Shown here: positions 7,718-16,144 of the stretch, piece by piece
Layout: each line of letters opens with the position of its first letter
How positions within the stretch are numbered: the first letter of the stretch is position 1
DNA from: Aerosakkonema funiforme BLCC-F2
GTDB taxonomy: Bacteria; Cyanobacteriota; Cyanobacteriia; Cyanobacteriales; Aerosakkonemataceae
Strand: one strand, 5' to 3'
DNA length: 26,008 nucleotides
NCBI RefSeq assembly: GCF_041929185.1
Contig: NZ_JBHFNO010000043.1
Notes under the pieces: model-generated
Told to the model about the DNA's origin: nothing
The model's input: only the letters and a program-made list of their open reading frames with translations
The model's database searches: none
Program-made: the position numbers and the translations under genes

Positions 7718-9819
7718 GCAAAGTTATCGGCACATCTGTCAATCGCCACGAGGGACGCGCTAAAGTTACAGGCACGGCAACTTACGGTGCGGAACATCAA
7801 ATTTCCGAATTGGTTTACGGTTATTTAATCGTAGCTACCATTGCCAACGGTCGCATCAAAAAGATGGAGCTTAAAGAAGCTCAAGATTCTGACGGTGTAC
7901 TGGCAATTTTTACCCATGAAAATATGCCAGCGTTCCCAAAAGCTAATGAGGGGACAAGTTTCCATATTGGCGAACCCAGGCTTCCTTTAGCAGACGATCG
8001 CATTCATTATGGGGGGCAAATTATTGGGTTAGTTGTTGCCGATACTCTAGAACGTGCCTGTCACGCGGCTTCGTTAGTTAAGGTGGAATACGAAATCGAA
8101 ACACCGACGATCGATCGGCAACAAGCATCATTTCAGAAATCGCCACGGGATGCTTCTTTTGAACAGGGAAATGTCGCCGATGCTTTAGTAACAGCGCCCG
8201 TCAAAATATCAGCAACCTACACAACGCCAAGACAATTGCACGCGATGATGGAGCCTCACGCCATTATCGCGCAATGGCACGATCGCAATTCGTTGACGGT
8301 TTGCGAACCAACGCAGTGGCTATTTTTGCAACAGCGCACTTATGCAACTTTGTTTGGCATTCCGGTTGAGCAAGTGCGGGTAATTAGTCCTTATATTGGG
8401 GGTGGATTTGGAGCTAAAGCTTGGCCTTGGCCTCATGCTATTCTTTGTATAGCGGCAGCACGGGAAATTAATCGTCCGGTGAAAGTTGTTGTCTCTCGGC
8501 AACAAATGACGGCGATTGTCGGACATCGTTCGCCAACAGAACAAACGATCGAATTGGGAGCAAGTCAGTCGGGTCAGCTAATTGCGATCGCTCATGCTGC
8601 CAAATCCTACACTTCCCCCGTTAATCCCAAATATGTAGAAAATTGTATCGGCGTTACCCCTACCATGTACGCTGCACCGAATTTGCGCGTCGAGCAAGAA
8701 ATTGCGGTTGTGAATGTGGGAATGCCGACTTTTATGCGGGCACCGGGAGAAAACCCAGGAATGTATGCGTTAGAATCGGCGATGGATGAACTCGCCTGGG
8801 CGTTACAAATCGATCCGATCGAACTGCGTTTAAAAAATGCCACAACAGAACATCAACGCAAAAAACTTCCCTTTTCATCGAAACACTTTGCGGAATGTTT
8901 GAAGCTGGGTGCAGAACAATTTCGATGGTGCGATCGCCCCATGCAAACTAAGGCAATTAGCCGCGATGATAAATTAGTCGGTTGGGGAATGGCAGCCGCA
9001 ACATTTCCCGCTATTCGGATGGGAGCTTCTGCCACAGTACGTTTGCTTTTAGATGGAACGGCGCAGGTTTTAACGGCAGCAAACGATATGGGGACGGGTA
9101 GTTATACTGTTGTAGCGATCGCAGCCGCAGAAACTCTCGATCTTCCTGTTGATAAAATTAAAGTAGAAATTGGCGATTCTCGCTTTCCTAATGGTGGACT
9201 TGCGGGAGGTTCGATGATGACAGCTTCCCTCGCGCCTGCGGTGGTGAATGCTTGTCAATTGTTACTGCAAGAAGTAAATGCGAAAAATGCGACAGAAGCT
9301 GTAATTGCGCTGCGTGAATCTGGGCGTCCTTTTTTGGAAATTACTGCATCCAGTCAACCGGGAGAAGAAGGGAAACAGTGGGCATTTCAATCTTGGGGCG
9401 CTCATTTTTGTGAAGTGGAAGTAGACGAATTGCTGGGTCGAGTGCAGGTAAAGCGCTGGATTTCTGTGATGGATGTGGGTCGAGCGATGAATGCCAAAGC
9501 AGCTGCCAGTCAAATTCGCGGCGGTGTTATCATGGGAATTGGAGAAGCTTTGATGGAAGAATGCCTTCACGATCTAAATCTGGGATTACCTGTTATTAAA
9601 GATTTGGCAACTTATCACATTCCCGTTAATGCAGATATTCCGCGTATTGAAGTGTCTTTCGTCGGTAAACCGGATCTGAATTTTAATCCTTTGGGTGTGC
9701 GCGGTTGCGGCGAAATTGCCATTACCGGCGTATCTGCTGCGATCGCTAATGCAGTTTATCACGCTACTGGCAAACGCATTCGCAATTTACCGATTACAGC
9801 GGACAAGTTGCTGTTGTGA
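7714..9819 (+). CDS. molybdopterin-cofactor-binding large subunit of the molybdenum hydroxylase (PaoC/CoxL/XdhA-like)
   Basis: 701 aa. N-terminal GRAKVTGTATYGAE (Ald_Xan_dh hammerhead), GGGFG motif (YIGGGFGAKAWP), C-terminal Moco-binding region. Start codon overlaps the stop of the FAD subunit (ATGA). Confidence 0.85.
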   Translation: MSKVIGTSVNRHEGRAKVTGTATYGAEHQISELVYGYLIVATIANGRIKKMELKEAQDSDGVLAIFTHENMPAFPKANEGTSFHIGEPRLPLADDRIHYGGQIIGLVVADTLERACHAASLVKVEYEIETPTIDRQQASFQKSPRDASFEQGNVADALVTAPVKISATYTTPRQLHAMMEPHAIIAQWHDRNSLTVCEPTQWLFLQQRTYATLFGIPVEQVRVISPYIGGGFGAKAWPWPHAILCIAAAREINRPVKVVVSRQQMTAIVGHRSPTEQTIELGASQSGQLIAIAHAAKSYTSPVNPKYVENCIGVTPTMYAAPNLRVEQEIAVVNVGMPTFMRAPGENPGMYALESAMDELAWALQIDPIELRLKNATTEHQRKKLPFSSKHFAECLKLGAEQFRWCDRPMQTKAISRDDKLVGWGMAAATFPAIRMGASATVRLLLDGTAQVLTAANDMGTGSYTVVAIAAAETLDLPVDKIKVEIGDSRFPNGGLAGGSMMTASLAPAVVNACQLLLQEVNAKNATEAVIALRESGRPFLEITASSQPGEEGKQWAFQSWGAHFCEVEVDELLGRVQVKRWISVMDVGRAMNAKAAASQIRGGVIMGIGEALMEECLHDLNLGLPVIKDLATYHIPVNADIPRIEVSFVGKPDLNFNPLGVRGCGEIAITGVSAAIANAVYHATGKRIRNLPITADKLLL

Positions 9820-9825
9820 GGTAAA

Positions 9826-9853
9826 GTCAAAAGTCAAAAGTCAAAAGTCAAAA
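9826..9853. repeat. STRR-like heptamer tandem repeat (GTCAAAA/TCAAAAG x4)
   Basis: gtcaaaagtcaaaagtcaaaagtcaaaag immediately after the stop of the Moco subunit. Confidence 0.7.
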
Positions 9854-9854
9854 G

Positions 9855-10202
9855 TAACCCACCGACACTTATCTCATCGTAGGGTGGGTTAGGCACGGGC
9901 AATAACTTCCACACTTTCAAGCAATAATTAACTCTCCGTGCCGTAACCCACCGACACTTATCTCATCGTAGGGTGGGTTAGGCACGGGCAATAACTTCCA
10001 CACTTTCAAGCAATAATTAACTCTCCGTGCCGTAACCCACCGACACTTATCTATAACATACATAAACACTTTAGCTCTTTCGGATTTATGGGTAAAAATG
10101 TTTGTTAATGTTACAGTTGAGTGTGATGGTGGGTTACGGCACGGGAACTAAATTATCGGTTGAAAGTTTTGAAATTATCGCCCGTGCCTAACCCACCCTA
10201 CG
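9855..10202. mobile_element. cluster of MITE-like hairpin elements: 89-bp unit x2.2 in direct orientation followed by one inverted copy; about 23-30 bp terminal inverted repeat CGTAGGGTGGGTTAGGCACGGGC(A/G)ATAA
   Basis: Unit ...CGTAGGGTGGGTTAGGCACGGGC-N37-CCGTGCCGTAACCCACC... starts at 9855, 9944 and 10033 (period 89). Reverse-complement copy 10128-10202 ends ...GCCCGTGCCTAACCCACCCTACG. The same family recurs at 24466-24978. Confidence 0.5.
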
Positions 10203-10227
10203 CTTAGATACTGGGCTGCTTTTACTC

Positions 10228-10836
10228 TTGCAGGGAATTGGTTATAATATGTCGATGATCGAACAAGCTGCTAATTCTGTGGTACTTGCTTCTGCTTCTA
10301 AGCCGTCTGCTACTGAGGTAGTCGATGCTTTGCTTCAGGCGGAGAAAGACGCCAGAAAGAACAATTTTTCTGATTCGTTCGATCGATTAATCGGCAATTG
10401 GCGTTTATGTTTTATTACCGGGACTAAAAAAACTCGCGCTAAGGCGGGAATTGTGCTGGGTGCGGGACGCTACATTCCTCAATTTGTCAAAATTGAATTG
10501 TCTTACTCGACTGCATCTGTAGAGATAGAAGAACAGAATTTTGAAGTCGGTCAAATTGAGAATCGGGTGACGATCGGAGCGCTAAAATTAGTGGTGAGCG
10601 GGCCTGCCAAATTTTTGCACAAGAAAAACATTTTGGCGTTTGACTTTACTCGCATGACGGTGCAGTTGTTGGGAGTGACGCTGTTTTCTGGATATATTCG
10701 TTCAGGTGAGGTGAAGTCAAAACAATTTTACCATGAAAGTGTGAGCAAGCAAGCGTTTTTTGCTTATTTTTTCATCACCGATAAGGCGATCGCAGCTAGA
10801 GGTAGAGGCGGCGGTTTGGCTATCTGGGGACGGTAA
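10228..10836 (+). CDS. PAP/fibrillin-family (plastid-lipid-associated protein-like) protein, tentative
   Basis: LIGNWRLCFITGT resembles the conserved L-x-G-x-W-x-L-x-Y-T-S fibrillin motif. C-terminal ITDKAIAARGRGGGLAIWGR resembles the fibrillin C-terminal R-x-x-RG-x-x-G...R signature. The start may be Met-8 or Met-10 (MSMIEQ). Recalled consensus, not searched. Confidence 0.45.
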   Translation: MQGIGYNMSMIEQAANSVVLASASKPSATEVVDALLQAEKDARKNNFSDSFDRLIGNWRLCFITGTKKTRAKAGIVLGAGRYIPQFVKIELSYSTASVEIEEQNFEVGQIENRVTIGALKLVVSGPAKFLHKKNILAFDFTRMTVQLLGVTLFSGYIRSGEVKSKQFYHESVSKQAFFAYFFITDKAIAARGRGGGLAIWGR

Positions 10837-10893
10837 ATGTTTGGCGGCGCTTCTGCGGTTAGTGTGGGATGGCGGAAACCCCACCCCCAACCC

Positions 10894-11050
10894 CTCCCCG
10901 TCCACGGGGAGGGGTGAAACAGGTGTAGGGGGAGGGGTGAAACAGGTGTAGGGGGAGGGGTGAAACAGGTTCGCGGGGAGGGGTGAAAGAGGTGTAGGGG
11001 GAGGGGTGAAACAGGTTCGCGGGGAGGGGTGAAAGAGAGAGGGGCTTCAG
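10894..11050. repeat. six tandem 23-bp G-rich units (AGGTGTAG/AGGTTCGC + GGGGAGGGGTGAAAC); first unit preserves a CTCCCCG-loop-GGGGAGGGGTGAAAC hairpin resembling the CRISPR repeat 3' half
   Basis: Units end at 10920, 10943, 10966, 10989, 11012 and 11035 (period 23). G-tracts GGGGAGGGG x6 on the + strand. Lies in the convergent gap between the fibrillin-like gene and the last gene of the cas operon. Confidence 0.8.
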
Positions 11051-11113
11051 GGGAAAATAAGAACTGGGAAAGAGCCGTTTTTGTTCGCGCACGGCAAAGT
11101 GCTGTCAAGATTG

Positions 11114-11734
11114 CTAATCAACGCATTTGACGCTTTTGATACTGCCATTTTTTAAGGCTGTTATTTTTACTTTTACGATCTGCCCTTGCTGGAGAGAACT
11201 CGCTTTTTTCGGTTCTTTTTCAGTCAATTTAATCGCGCCTAATATTTGATATGTCACTTTATTACCTGCAATGCCAATAACTTGGGCATCTAAGATTTGA
11301 TCGATCGCAAAATCTTGAGATTGCGTCACTTGTAAAATTTCGGCTTGCCGAGTAGATTCTATGACAGGAGCGGTAATTTCGCCGATCGGTCCCGCTTCTT
11401 TGTAGTAGCGCATTAAGCGAATTGACCACCCTAAAATTTGCAGGATAGCTGTTACATCATTTTGATAAAGTTGCAAATATTTGGTGCAAGTTCTTTCTAT
11501 GCTATCATAATATCCAGATGTTTTTTGGCTATATCCGATTCTATTACCTTGGCGGGAAAGTGTTTGCAGATAACTAAAAAATTTCGTGCCGGCATTTTCG
11601 CGATCGCTATAAGCGCGAAGATATGCCATCACTTTACCCAATTCATTTACATCAGTCTCTTCTTTGACCAATGTTTGAGCAATTCCGTGAGCAATTTGCC
11701 ATTGAATTTCGGTTAAATCGGTGGTAGTAAACAT
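11114..11734 (-). CDS. hypothetical protein, terminal gene of the type III operon (alpha-helical N-terminal half, Lys/Val-rich beta-rich C-terminal tail)
   Basis: 206 aa. Start abuts the stop of the upstream RAMP gene (11735), implying co-transcription. No recognisable motif; N-half resembles small alpha-helical Cas11-type subunits only in composition. Confidence 0.55.
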   Translation of the reverse strand: MFTTTDLTEIQWQIAHGIAQTLVKEETDVNELGKVMAYLRAYSDRENAGTKFFSYLQTLSRQGNRIGYSQKTSGYYDSIERTCTKYLQLYQNDVTAILQILGWSIRLMRYYKEAGPIGEITAPVIESTRQAEILQVTQSQDFAIDQILDAQVIGIAGNKVTYQILGAIKLTEKEPKKASSLQQGQIVKVKITALKNGSIKSVKCVD

Positions 11735-12775
11735 TTAATAAACTCCGTCTATAGGTTCTCTAGTTGTCGGCCATTGCAGAACTTGTTGTAACTCTTTCAA
11801 TTGTTGAGATTGTACTAATTGGGTGGATGCCGATCGCACGGCTTTTTGGATGAATTCCTGGAGGGAATTACCAGTCAGAGAAGGGGGTGAGGTGTTGTAA
11901 TTGCAATAGCGATCGCGCCATTCTTTCTCTTTTTCAATCCGCTGAATTTCTGTTACTTCAACTACCATCGTTCCCATACCAATTGGTTTACCGCCTCCCA
12001 CTTTTAAAGCAATGGGATTTTTACTATCTTGTCCTAACACAATCAACAGCGTTCCCAATTCGGCTAAACTTAAATTCCTAAATCCAATTTGGGTAGTAAA
12101 TATCAATTCTTTTCCCGCTTGTTGAACTGGAATACCTTGTTGTCCTTTGTCAATCGATTTAACAAAATGGTAATAAAACTTGCGTCCAGCTATTCTTCCA
12201 TTTATATAGTAGCCGGCACGTTGTTTTCTGGGTGCATAAAGTGAGGGCATAAATCCCACACTCCACTGTGCATTGTTGAGAATCGCATCAGAAAAGCGAA
12301 TCAAACCTTGCCAATCCATTGCCCCAAAAACTTGACAAGCCGGACAAAGTTTAGTATTATCTTTACATTCCCGATAACCATTCGGAATTTGACTCTGTTC
12401 TGCCTTAGTTTTGCACAAACAACTGCGCGTAATTGCTTCATAAGCAGAACGCACAACGCCTTTAAGGGAACTTCCCGGAACGATCGACTGTCGATCGCGT
12501 CCAACGGCAGTTTTGATTAGGGGGATATTTTTGGCATTTCCCGATAAGTCGCTACCCATTGCGACAACGCCAGAAGCGACAAAAGTAGCGGTTTTCACCG
12601 TTAAGCGCAGAAAGATTGTACCGCTAATGCGATCGCTTTTAAACCGATCTTGTCCAATTGGTTTATCTCGCGGTGGCGGCTGACTGGGTAGAGAAATGAG
12701 TTGATAAGGTTTTGGATTAGCAGTTTCTGGTGCAGGATTAGGTTGAGGGCGTCGAATTGGTCGATTGTTAGTCAT
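11735..12775 (-). CDS. Cas7-group RAMP with zinc finger (Csm5-like subunit of a type III-D complex)
   Basis: 346 aa. RAMP G-rich loop IVPGSSLKGVVRSAYEAI, Zn finger CKDNTKLCPACQVFG, C-terminal glycine loop KVGGGKPIGMG. Pro-rich N-terminal extension. 4-nt overlap with the upstream gene. Confidence 0.7.
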   Translation of the reverse strand: MTNNRPIRRPQPNPAPETANPKPYQLISLPSQPPPRDKPIGQDRFKSDRISGTIFLRLTVKTATFVASGVVAMGSDLSGNAKNIPLIKTAVGRDRQSIVPGSSLKGVVRSAYEAITRSCLCKTKAEQSQIPNGYRECKDNTKLCPACQVFGAMDWQGLIRFSDAILNNAQWSVGFMPSLYAPRKQRAGYYINGRIAGRKFYYHFVKSIDKGQQGIPVQQAGKELIFTTQIGFRNLSLAELGTLLIVLGQDSKNPIALKVGGGKPIGMGTMVVEVTEIQRIEKEKEWRDRYCNYNTSPPSLTGNSLQEFIQKAVRSASTQLVQSQQLKELQQVLQWPTTREPIDGVY

Positions 12776-13287
12776 GGGGATATCTCAACAGTGAGAGCGA
12801 TAAAATGTACCGTGGAAGTTTCGCGATCGATGAAATAACGTTGAGCTATTTTAACTTTGTTTGGATTATTCTTTTCATCCTTAATTATGGGATTGAGAGC
12901 GTCAGGTACAATGAATTTTTGGGGAAACCGAGTTTCATCGGGACGATAAATGTAAGCAGGTCGTTGTTCTACTTTCCACTCTATCTTTTTATCTTGTTCC
13001 TTTTTTTTATCTCGTTCCTCATCAATAGAAGTGAAAGCAGAATCTTTACCAGTTATTGACAGCAATAATACTGAATAACCTTGACCTTGTTGTTTCCAAC
13101 GCAATTCGCGATCGCAATTAAACATTTGTCCTTCTGGACTGGGAAATTCTTTTAATTCCTCTACAATTCCACTGACGCGATCTTGCCACCGAAGAAAGTA
13201 ATAAGTAGGCTTTTTCGCAAATTTATCTAGCAATTTTCTGAGATCTTCAGATGAGTCAACTTGTTTAATACCTACAAAAGGATTCAT
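12772..13287 (-). CDS. hypothetical protein occupying the position of csx19 (all1473 family) in type III-D operons
   Basis: 171 aa. ATGA-type 4-nt overlaps with both flanking RAMP genes (13284 and 12775). Lys/Glu-rich central segment. No motif recognised; assignment is positional only. Confidence 0.5.
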   Translation of the reverse strand: MNPFVGIKQVDSSEDLRKLLDKFAKKPTYYFLRWQDRVSGIVEELKEFPSPEGQMFNCDRELRWKQQGQGYSVLLLSITGKDSAFTSIDEERDKKKEQDKKIEWKVEQRPAYIYRPDETRFPQKFIVPDALNPIIKDEKNNPNKVKIAQRYFIDRETSTVHFIALTVEISP

Positions 13288-14234
13288 GCTGCTGTCCCTT
13301 GCAATATTTCACACCAAGCTTCTACAGTTTGCGAGAACAATTCACGCACTTTATCGCTCCCTTCCCAACTCTGTTGCACGCCAAAATTAAACTCAATTGG
13401 TGTTGTTTTTGGTGATGTTTCTTTCAGATCGTTAGGGGGAAAACCATAGCGGTTTCTTTCTTCATCTTCCAGAAACATTCCCGCACCCAATAAGGAAGTA
13501 AGCGGCCATTTTGTTTCTGTGCCGATCGCGCTAATTTGTTCATCTTTTATAATACAGCCAGGATATTGGACAACGGCTGAATTTAACTTAACTTCCACCA
13601 ATCCCAAACCGCGAGATTTAGCGAAACCTAATCCAAACCAACCTTGATTTAAATCGCGCAATACTAAACCGATTAATCCTAATTGTGCAAGGGTAAAATT
13701 TCTGAGATGAATTTTGGTATGAAATTCTCCGGCGGTACAAACTTGAAAATTAAATGGCCCTACAGCGACCGAACCAAACACTCTGTCAATAGCTACGCCA
13801 TTGCGTTCTTCAATTTTCAACAATTTGGGATTAACCGGATAAGCATCTTCTATTCTGACGCGACTGGCGATCGCAGTATTGCCAAACATTTGATCGGTAA
13901 AAGAAGACAATTTATAGATATCTGACGTTGATTTATTTTGCAGATATTCGTATTTGTCATTGAGTGGATCGTTTGCCCATAAACTATTTGCATTATTGGG
14001 GTCGCGGCGATCGCTTCCCACCGTCCGCACAATGCGTTCCGCATGGGCGCGAATAGCACCTTTGAGAGAACTTCCGGGTAAGTAAATTGTCCGTCCTCCG
14101 CCGTGATAGGTTTCCACAAATTCCATATCCGGTTTCGTAGGGTCAGCACCTTCTTTGCCAGATTTAATTAAGATAGGGCCAGCAGGTGTGATGGTTAATT
14201 TTATTGTACATTGATTGACAAATCGTTTAAACAT
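13284..14234 (-). CDS. csm3: Csm3 (Cas7) RAMP backbone subunit
   Basis: 316 aa. YLPGSSLKGAIRAHAERI (G-rich loop 1), QMFGNTAIASRVRIEDAY, NGVAIDRVFGSVAVGPFNFQVCTAG (thumb), GFAKSRGLGLVEVKL (glycine loop). Confidence 0.8.
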   Translation of the reverse strand: MFKRFVNQCTIKLTITPAGPILIKSGKEGADPTKPDMEFVETYHGGGRTIYLPGSSLKGAIRAHAERIVRTVGSDRRDPNNANSLWANDPLNDKYEYLQNKSTSDIYKLSSFTDQMFGNTAIASRVRIEDAYPVNPKLLKIEERNGVAIDRVFGSVAVGPFNFQVCTAGEFHTKIHLRNFTLAQLGLIGLVLRDLNQGWFGLGFAKSRGLGLVEVKLNSAVVQYPGCIIKDEQISAIGTETKWPLTSLLGAGMFLEDEERNRYGFPPNDLKETSPKTTPIEFNFGVQQSWEGSDKVRELFSQTVEAWCEILQGTAA

Positions 14235-15126
14235 TGCTGTTTTCCTCGGCAGTGGTATTAGCAGACATGAAAGTTCTTAAATGGGTAATCAAAGCATTTG
14301 TCCATTCCTGTTTGAGGAAAGCAATTCTTTCTGGATAACATGAGTAAATATCCATTTTTCCGTTAACCAGATTTTGCAGGTAATTTAGTAATAATTCTGG
14401 ATCGTCTTCTGCATCAAACCATTGCATTTCTTTAATATCCAATTTCACTACACCCAATCCGCGAGAACGTCCGCCGCCTAACGGAATTTGTTCGGTTTCA
14501 AATTGGTGTAACCCGATGGTTAATAAACCTAATTCCCAAGGTTCGGCGTTTTCAACTACTGCTTTAAACTCAAATTGCGTTCCTGCCGGTACAACTTGAA
14601 AATCGTATAATTTCGCATCAGCAGCAGTTTCGGTATCGCGATCGATCGCAACTCCATCTCGTTCTTGATATTGTCCAAACCAACTATCTGGTAATACCGT
14701 TAAATCGCGCACTTGAAATTTACTCGCAATCCAAGGAGAACCGAATAAGTGAGAAGCTAAATCGGTTTCTTTTAAAATTGCAGTGGTGAGGTCAAAATCA
14801 TCTTTGTTTTCGTCCTTAAGTTTCTTGATTTCATCAGCTTTTAGCGACCATTCCTCCTCTACGGCGGGATTGGCGACTAATTTGCGTAGGGCAATGCCCT
14901 TGTTGAAGGCATCGCTTCCCACAATCCCGCGCAGGAAGCTTTCCAAACGCGATCGCAAAGCACCTTTAAAACTCGACCCCGGAATTAAAGGTCGTCCCAC
15001 CGCATCTTTAATTACTGGTAAATCGGAACCGATTGGTTCTGTGGAACGTCCCGCGCCAATTCGCAAAGCGGTGATAGTGGTGAGAGTTCCGCTGATTTCC
15101 AAACGACTTTTGAAAGTATCAAACAT
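14227..15126 (-). CDS. csm3: Csm3 (Cas7) RAMP backbone subunit, second paralog
   Basis: 299 aa. LIPGSSFKGALRSRLE, HLFGSPWIASKFQVRD, DGVAIDRDTETAADAKLYDFQVV, GGGRSRGLGVVKLD. 8-nt overlap with the downstream csm3. Confidence 0.8.
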   Translation of the reverse strand: MFDTFKSRLEISGTLTTITALRIGAGRSTEPIGSDLPVIKDAVGRPLIPGSSFKGALRSRLESFLRGIVGSDAFNKGIALRKLVANPAVEEEWSLKADEIKKLKDENKDDFDLTTAILKETDLASHLFGSPWIASKFQVRDLTVLPDSWFGQYQERDGVAIDRDTETAADAKLYDFQVVPAGTQFEFKAVVENAEPWELGLLTIGLHQFETEQIPLGGGRSRGLGVVKLDIKEMQWFDAEDDPELLLNYLQNLVNGKMDIYSCYPERIAFLKQEWTNALITHLRTFMSANTTAEENSNV

Positions 15127-15140
15127 AGTTTACCTTATTT

Positions 15141-15707
15141 TCAATTTAAACTCAACCAGCTAAACACATCTTGCGCGGATAACTGTAAATCTTCCAGAGA
15201 ACTTAACACGGGTAAATTGTCTTGATTTTCCTTAGTTTCTGGTTGTTGACCTGGACGAAAAACCATGATAATTTTCTCTTCAGGATCGATTAACCAGCCT
15301 AATTCTGTTCCCGCATTTAAACAAAAAAGGATGTTACCAATCACGCGAGTTGAGCTTTGTTCTGGGGAAAGAATTTCAATTACCCAATCTGGATGAATGG
15401 AAAAAGAATTTTCGATTTCGCCGTTAGCATCTAAAGGGATACGTTGCCAAGAAAAAACGCTGATATCTGGCACAATTGAACGACCGCCAAAGGTGCAACG
15501 CAATTCTGTAAAAGCACTAGCTAAACGATTAGGTTCGCCTACCCTATTAATTTCGGTTGAGAAGCGAGTTTGCAATCGGCTATGTTTTCCTTTTGGCATA
15601 GGTTTTTGATAGATTTGTCCGTCTATATATTCACTAGCTGGTTTAGTTTCTGGGAGTTGCAGAAATTCGGCTAATGATATTTTGGTGGAAAGTTTTGTGG
15701 ATGTCAT
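15141..15707 (-). CDS. Uma2-family (DUF820) PD-(D/E)xK endonuclease inserted inside the type III effector operon
   Basis: 188 aa. Hallmark Uma2 motifs LAEFLQLPE...EYIDGQI (N-terminal) and VPDISV...PDWVIEILSPEQS (PD...EIxSP core). 29-nt and 14-nt gaps to the flanking csm2 and csm3 genes on the same strand. Confidence 0.75.
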   Translation of the reverse strand: MTSTKLSTKISLAEFLQLPETKPASEYIDGQIYQKPMPKGKHSRLQTRFSTEINRVGEPNRLASAFTELRCTFGGRSIVPDISVFSWQRIPLDANGEIENSFSIHPDWVIEILSPEQSSTRVIGNILFCLNAGTELGWLIDPEEKIIMVFRPGQQPETKENQDNLPVLSSLEDLQLSAQDVFSWLSLN

Positions 15708-15736
15708 GGTTGAACAATTGATAATTTAAAAACAAA

Positions 15737-16144
15737 TTACTTGGAATTGATGTATTTCAAGTATCGAGCGCCATACCCCAAGTAGCGGCGAATTAATTCT
15801 AACCAAATAGATTTGAAATCAGAACCAGAAATTTCTTTGTGAATAACATTAGCTTTCTGCTTGATTTGAGTATCAATATCATTGACAATTTTTGCTGCTA
15901 ATGAATTGTCACCTCTTCCCCATTTCTTATCGCGCCCGACTTGATAGCGCAAGAAATTTTTAATCACTTCTGGGCTATCGGTTGTATCTGCAACGCGCAC
16001 TAAGTTGCGAAATTGAGTTTCTTGTAAGTCGCCATAGGATTGACGATTGTCTAAAGCTGCTTGAATCCATAACACTAAATCATCTTCAGCAAGACGGATG
16101 TTTTTTTGTACTTTGAGTTCTATCTGTTGTTCTGCTAGGTTCAT
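15737..16144 (-). CDS. csm2: Csm2 (Cas11) small subunit
   Basis: 135 aa, all-alpha composition. LQETQFRNLVRV matches the Csm2 LTTSQ(I/L)RK motif; NFLRYQVGRDKK and RRYLGYGARYLKY match the (V/F)xYQxGRE and C-terminal aromatic/Gly motifs of Csm2 (compared with the S. thermophilus Csm2 sequence recalled from memory). ATGA overlap with the upstream RAMP gene. Confidence 0.6.
   Translation of the reverse strand: MNLAEQQIELKVQKNIRLAEDDLVLWIQAALDNRQSYGDLQETQFRNLVRVADTTDSPEVIKNFLRYQVGRDKKWGRGDNSLAAKIVNDIDTQIKQKANVIHKEISGSDFKSIWLELIRRYLGYGARYLKYINSK

Noticed and set aside
6954-9570. Numerous 60-100 aa ORFs on both strands inside the FAD and Moco subunit genes and inside cas genes (e.g. 6992..7300, 8320..8544, 9262..9570, 13850..14149, 16508..16762)
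   Set aside because: They are nested within long, motif-supported CDSs on the opposite strand or another frame; typical GC-driven spurious ORFs.
10894-11050. Possible functional CRISPR array
   Set aside because: Period is only 23 bp with 8-nt pseudo-spacers, with no room for real spacers. Kept as a repeat or possible collapsed remnant, not as an array.
10764-11108. Minus-strand ORFs (114 and 77 aa) giving Pro/Leu-rich repetitive peptides (PLPLHLFHPSP...)
   Set aside because: They are read-through translations of the 23-bp G-rich tandem repeat. Their periodic peptide is an artefact of the DNA repeat, with no start context.
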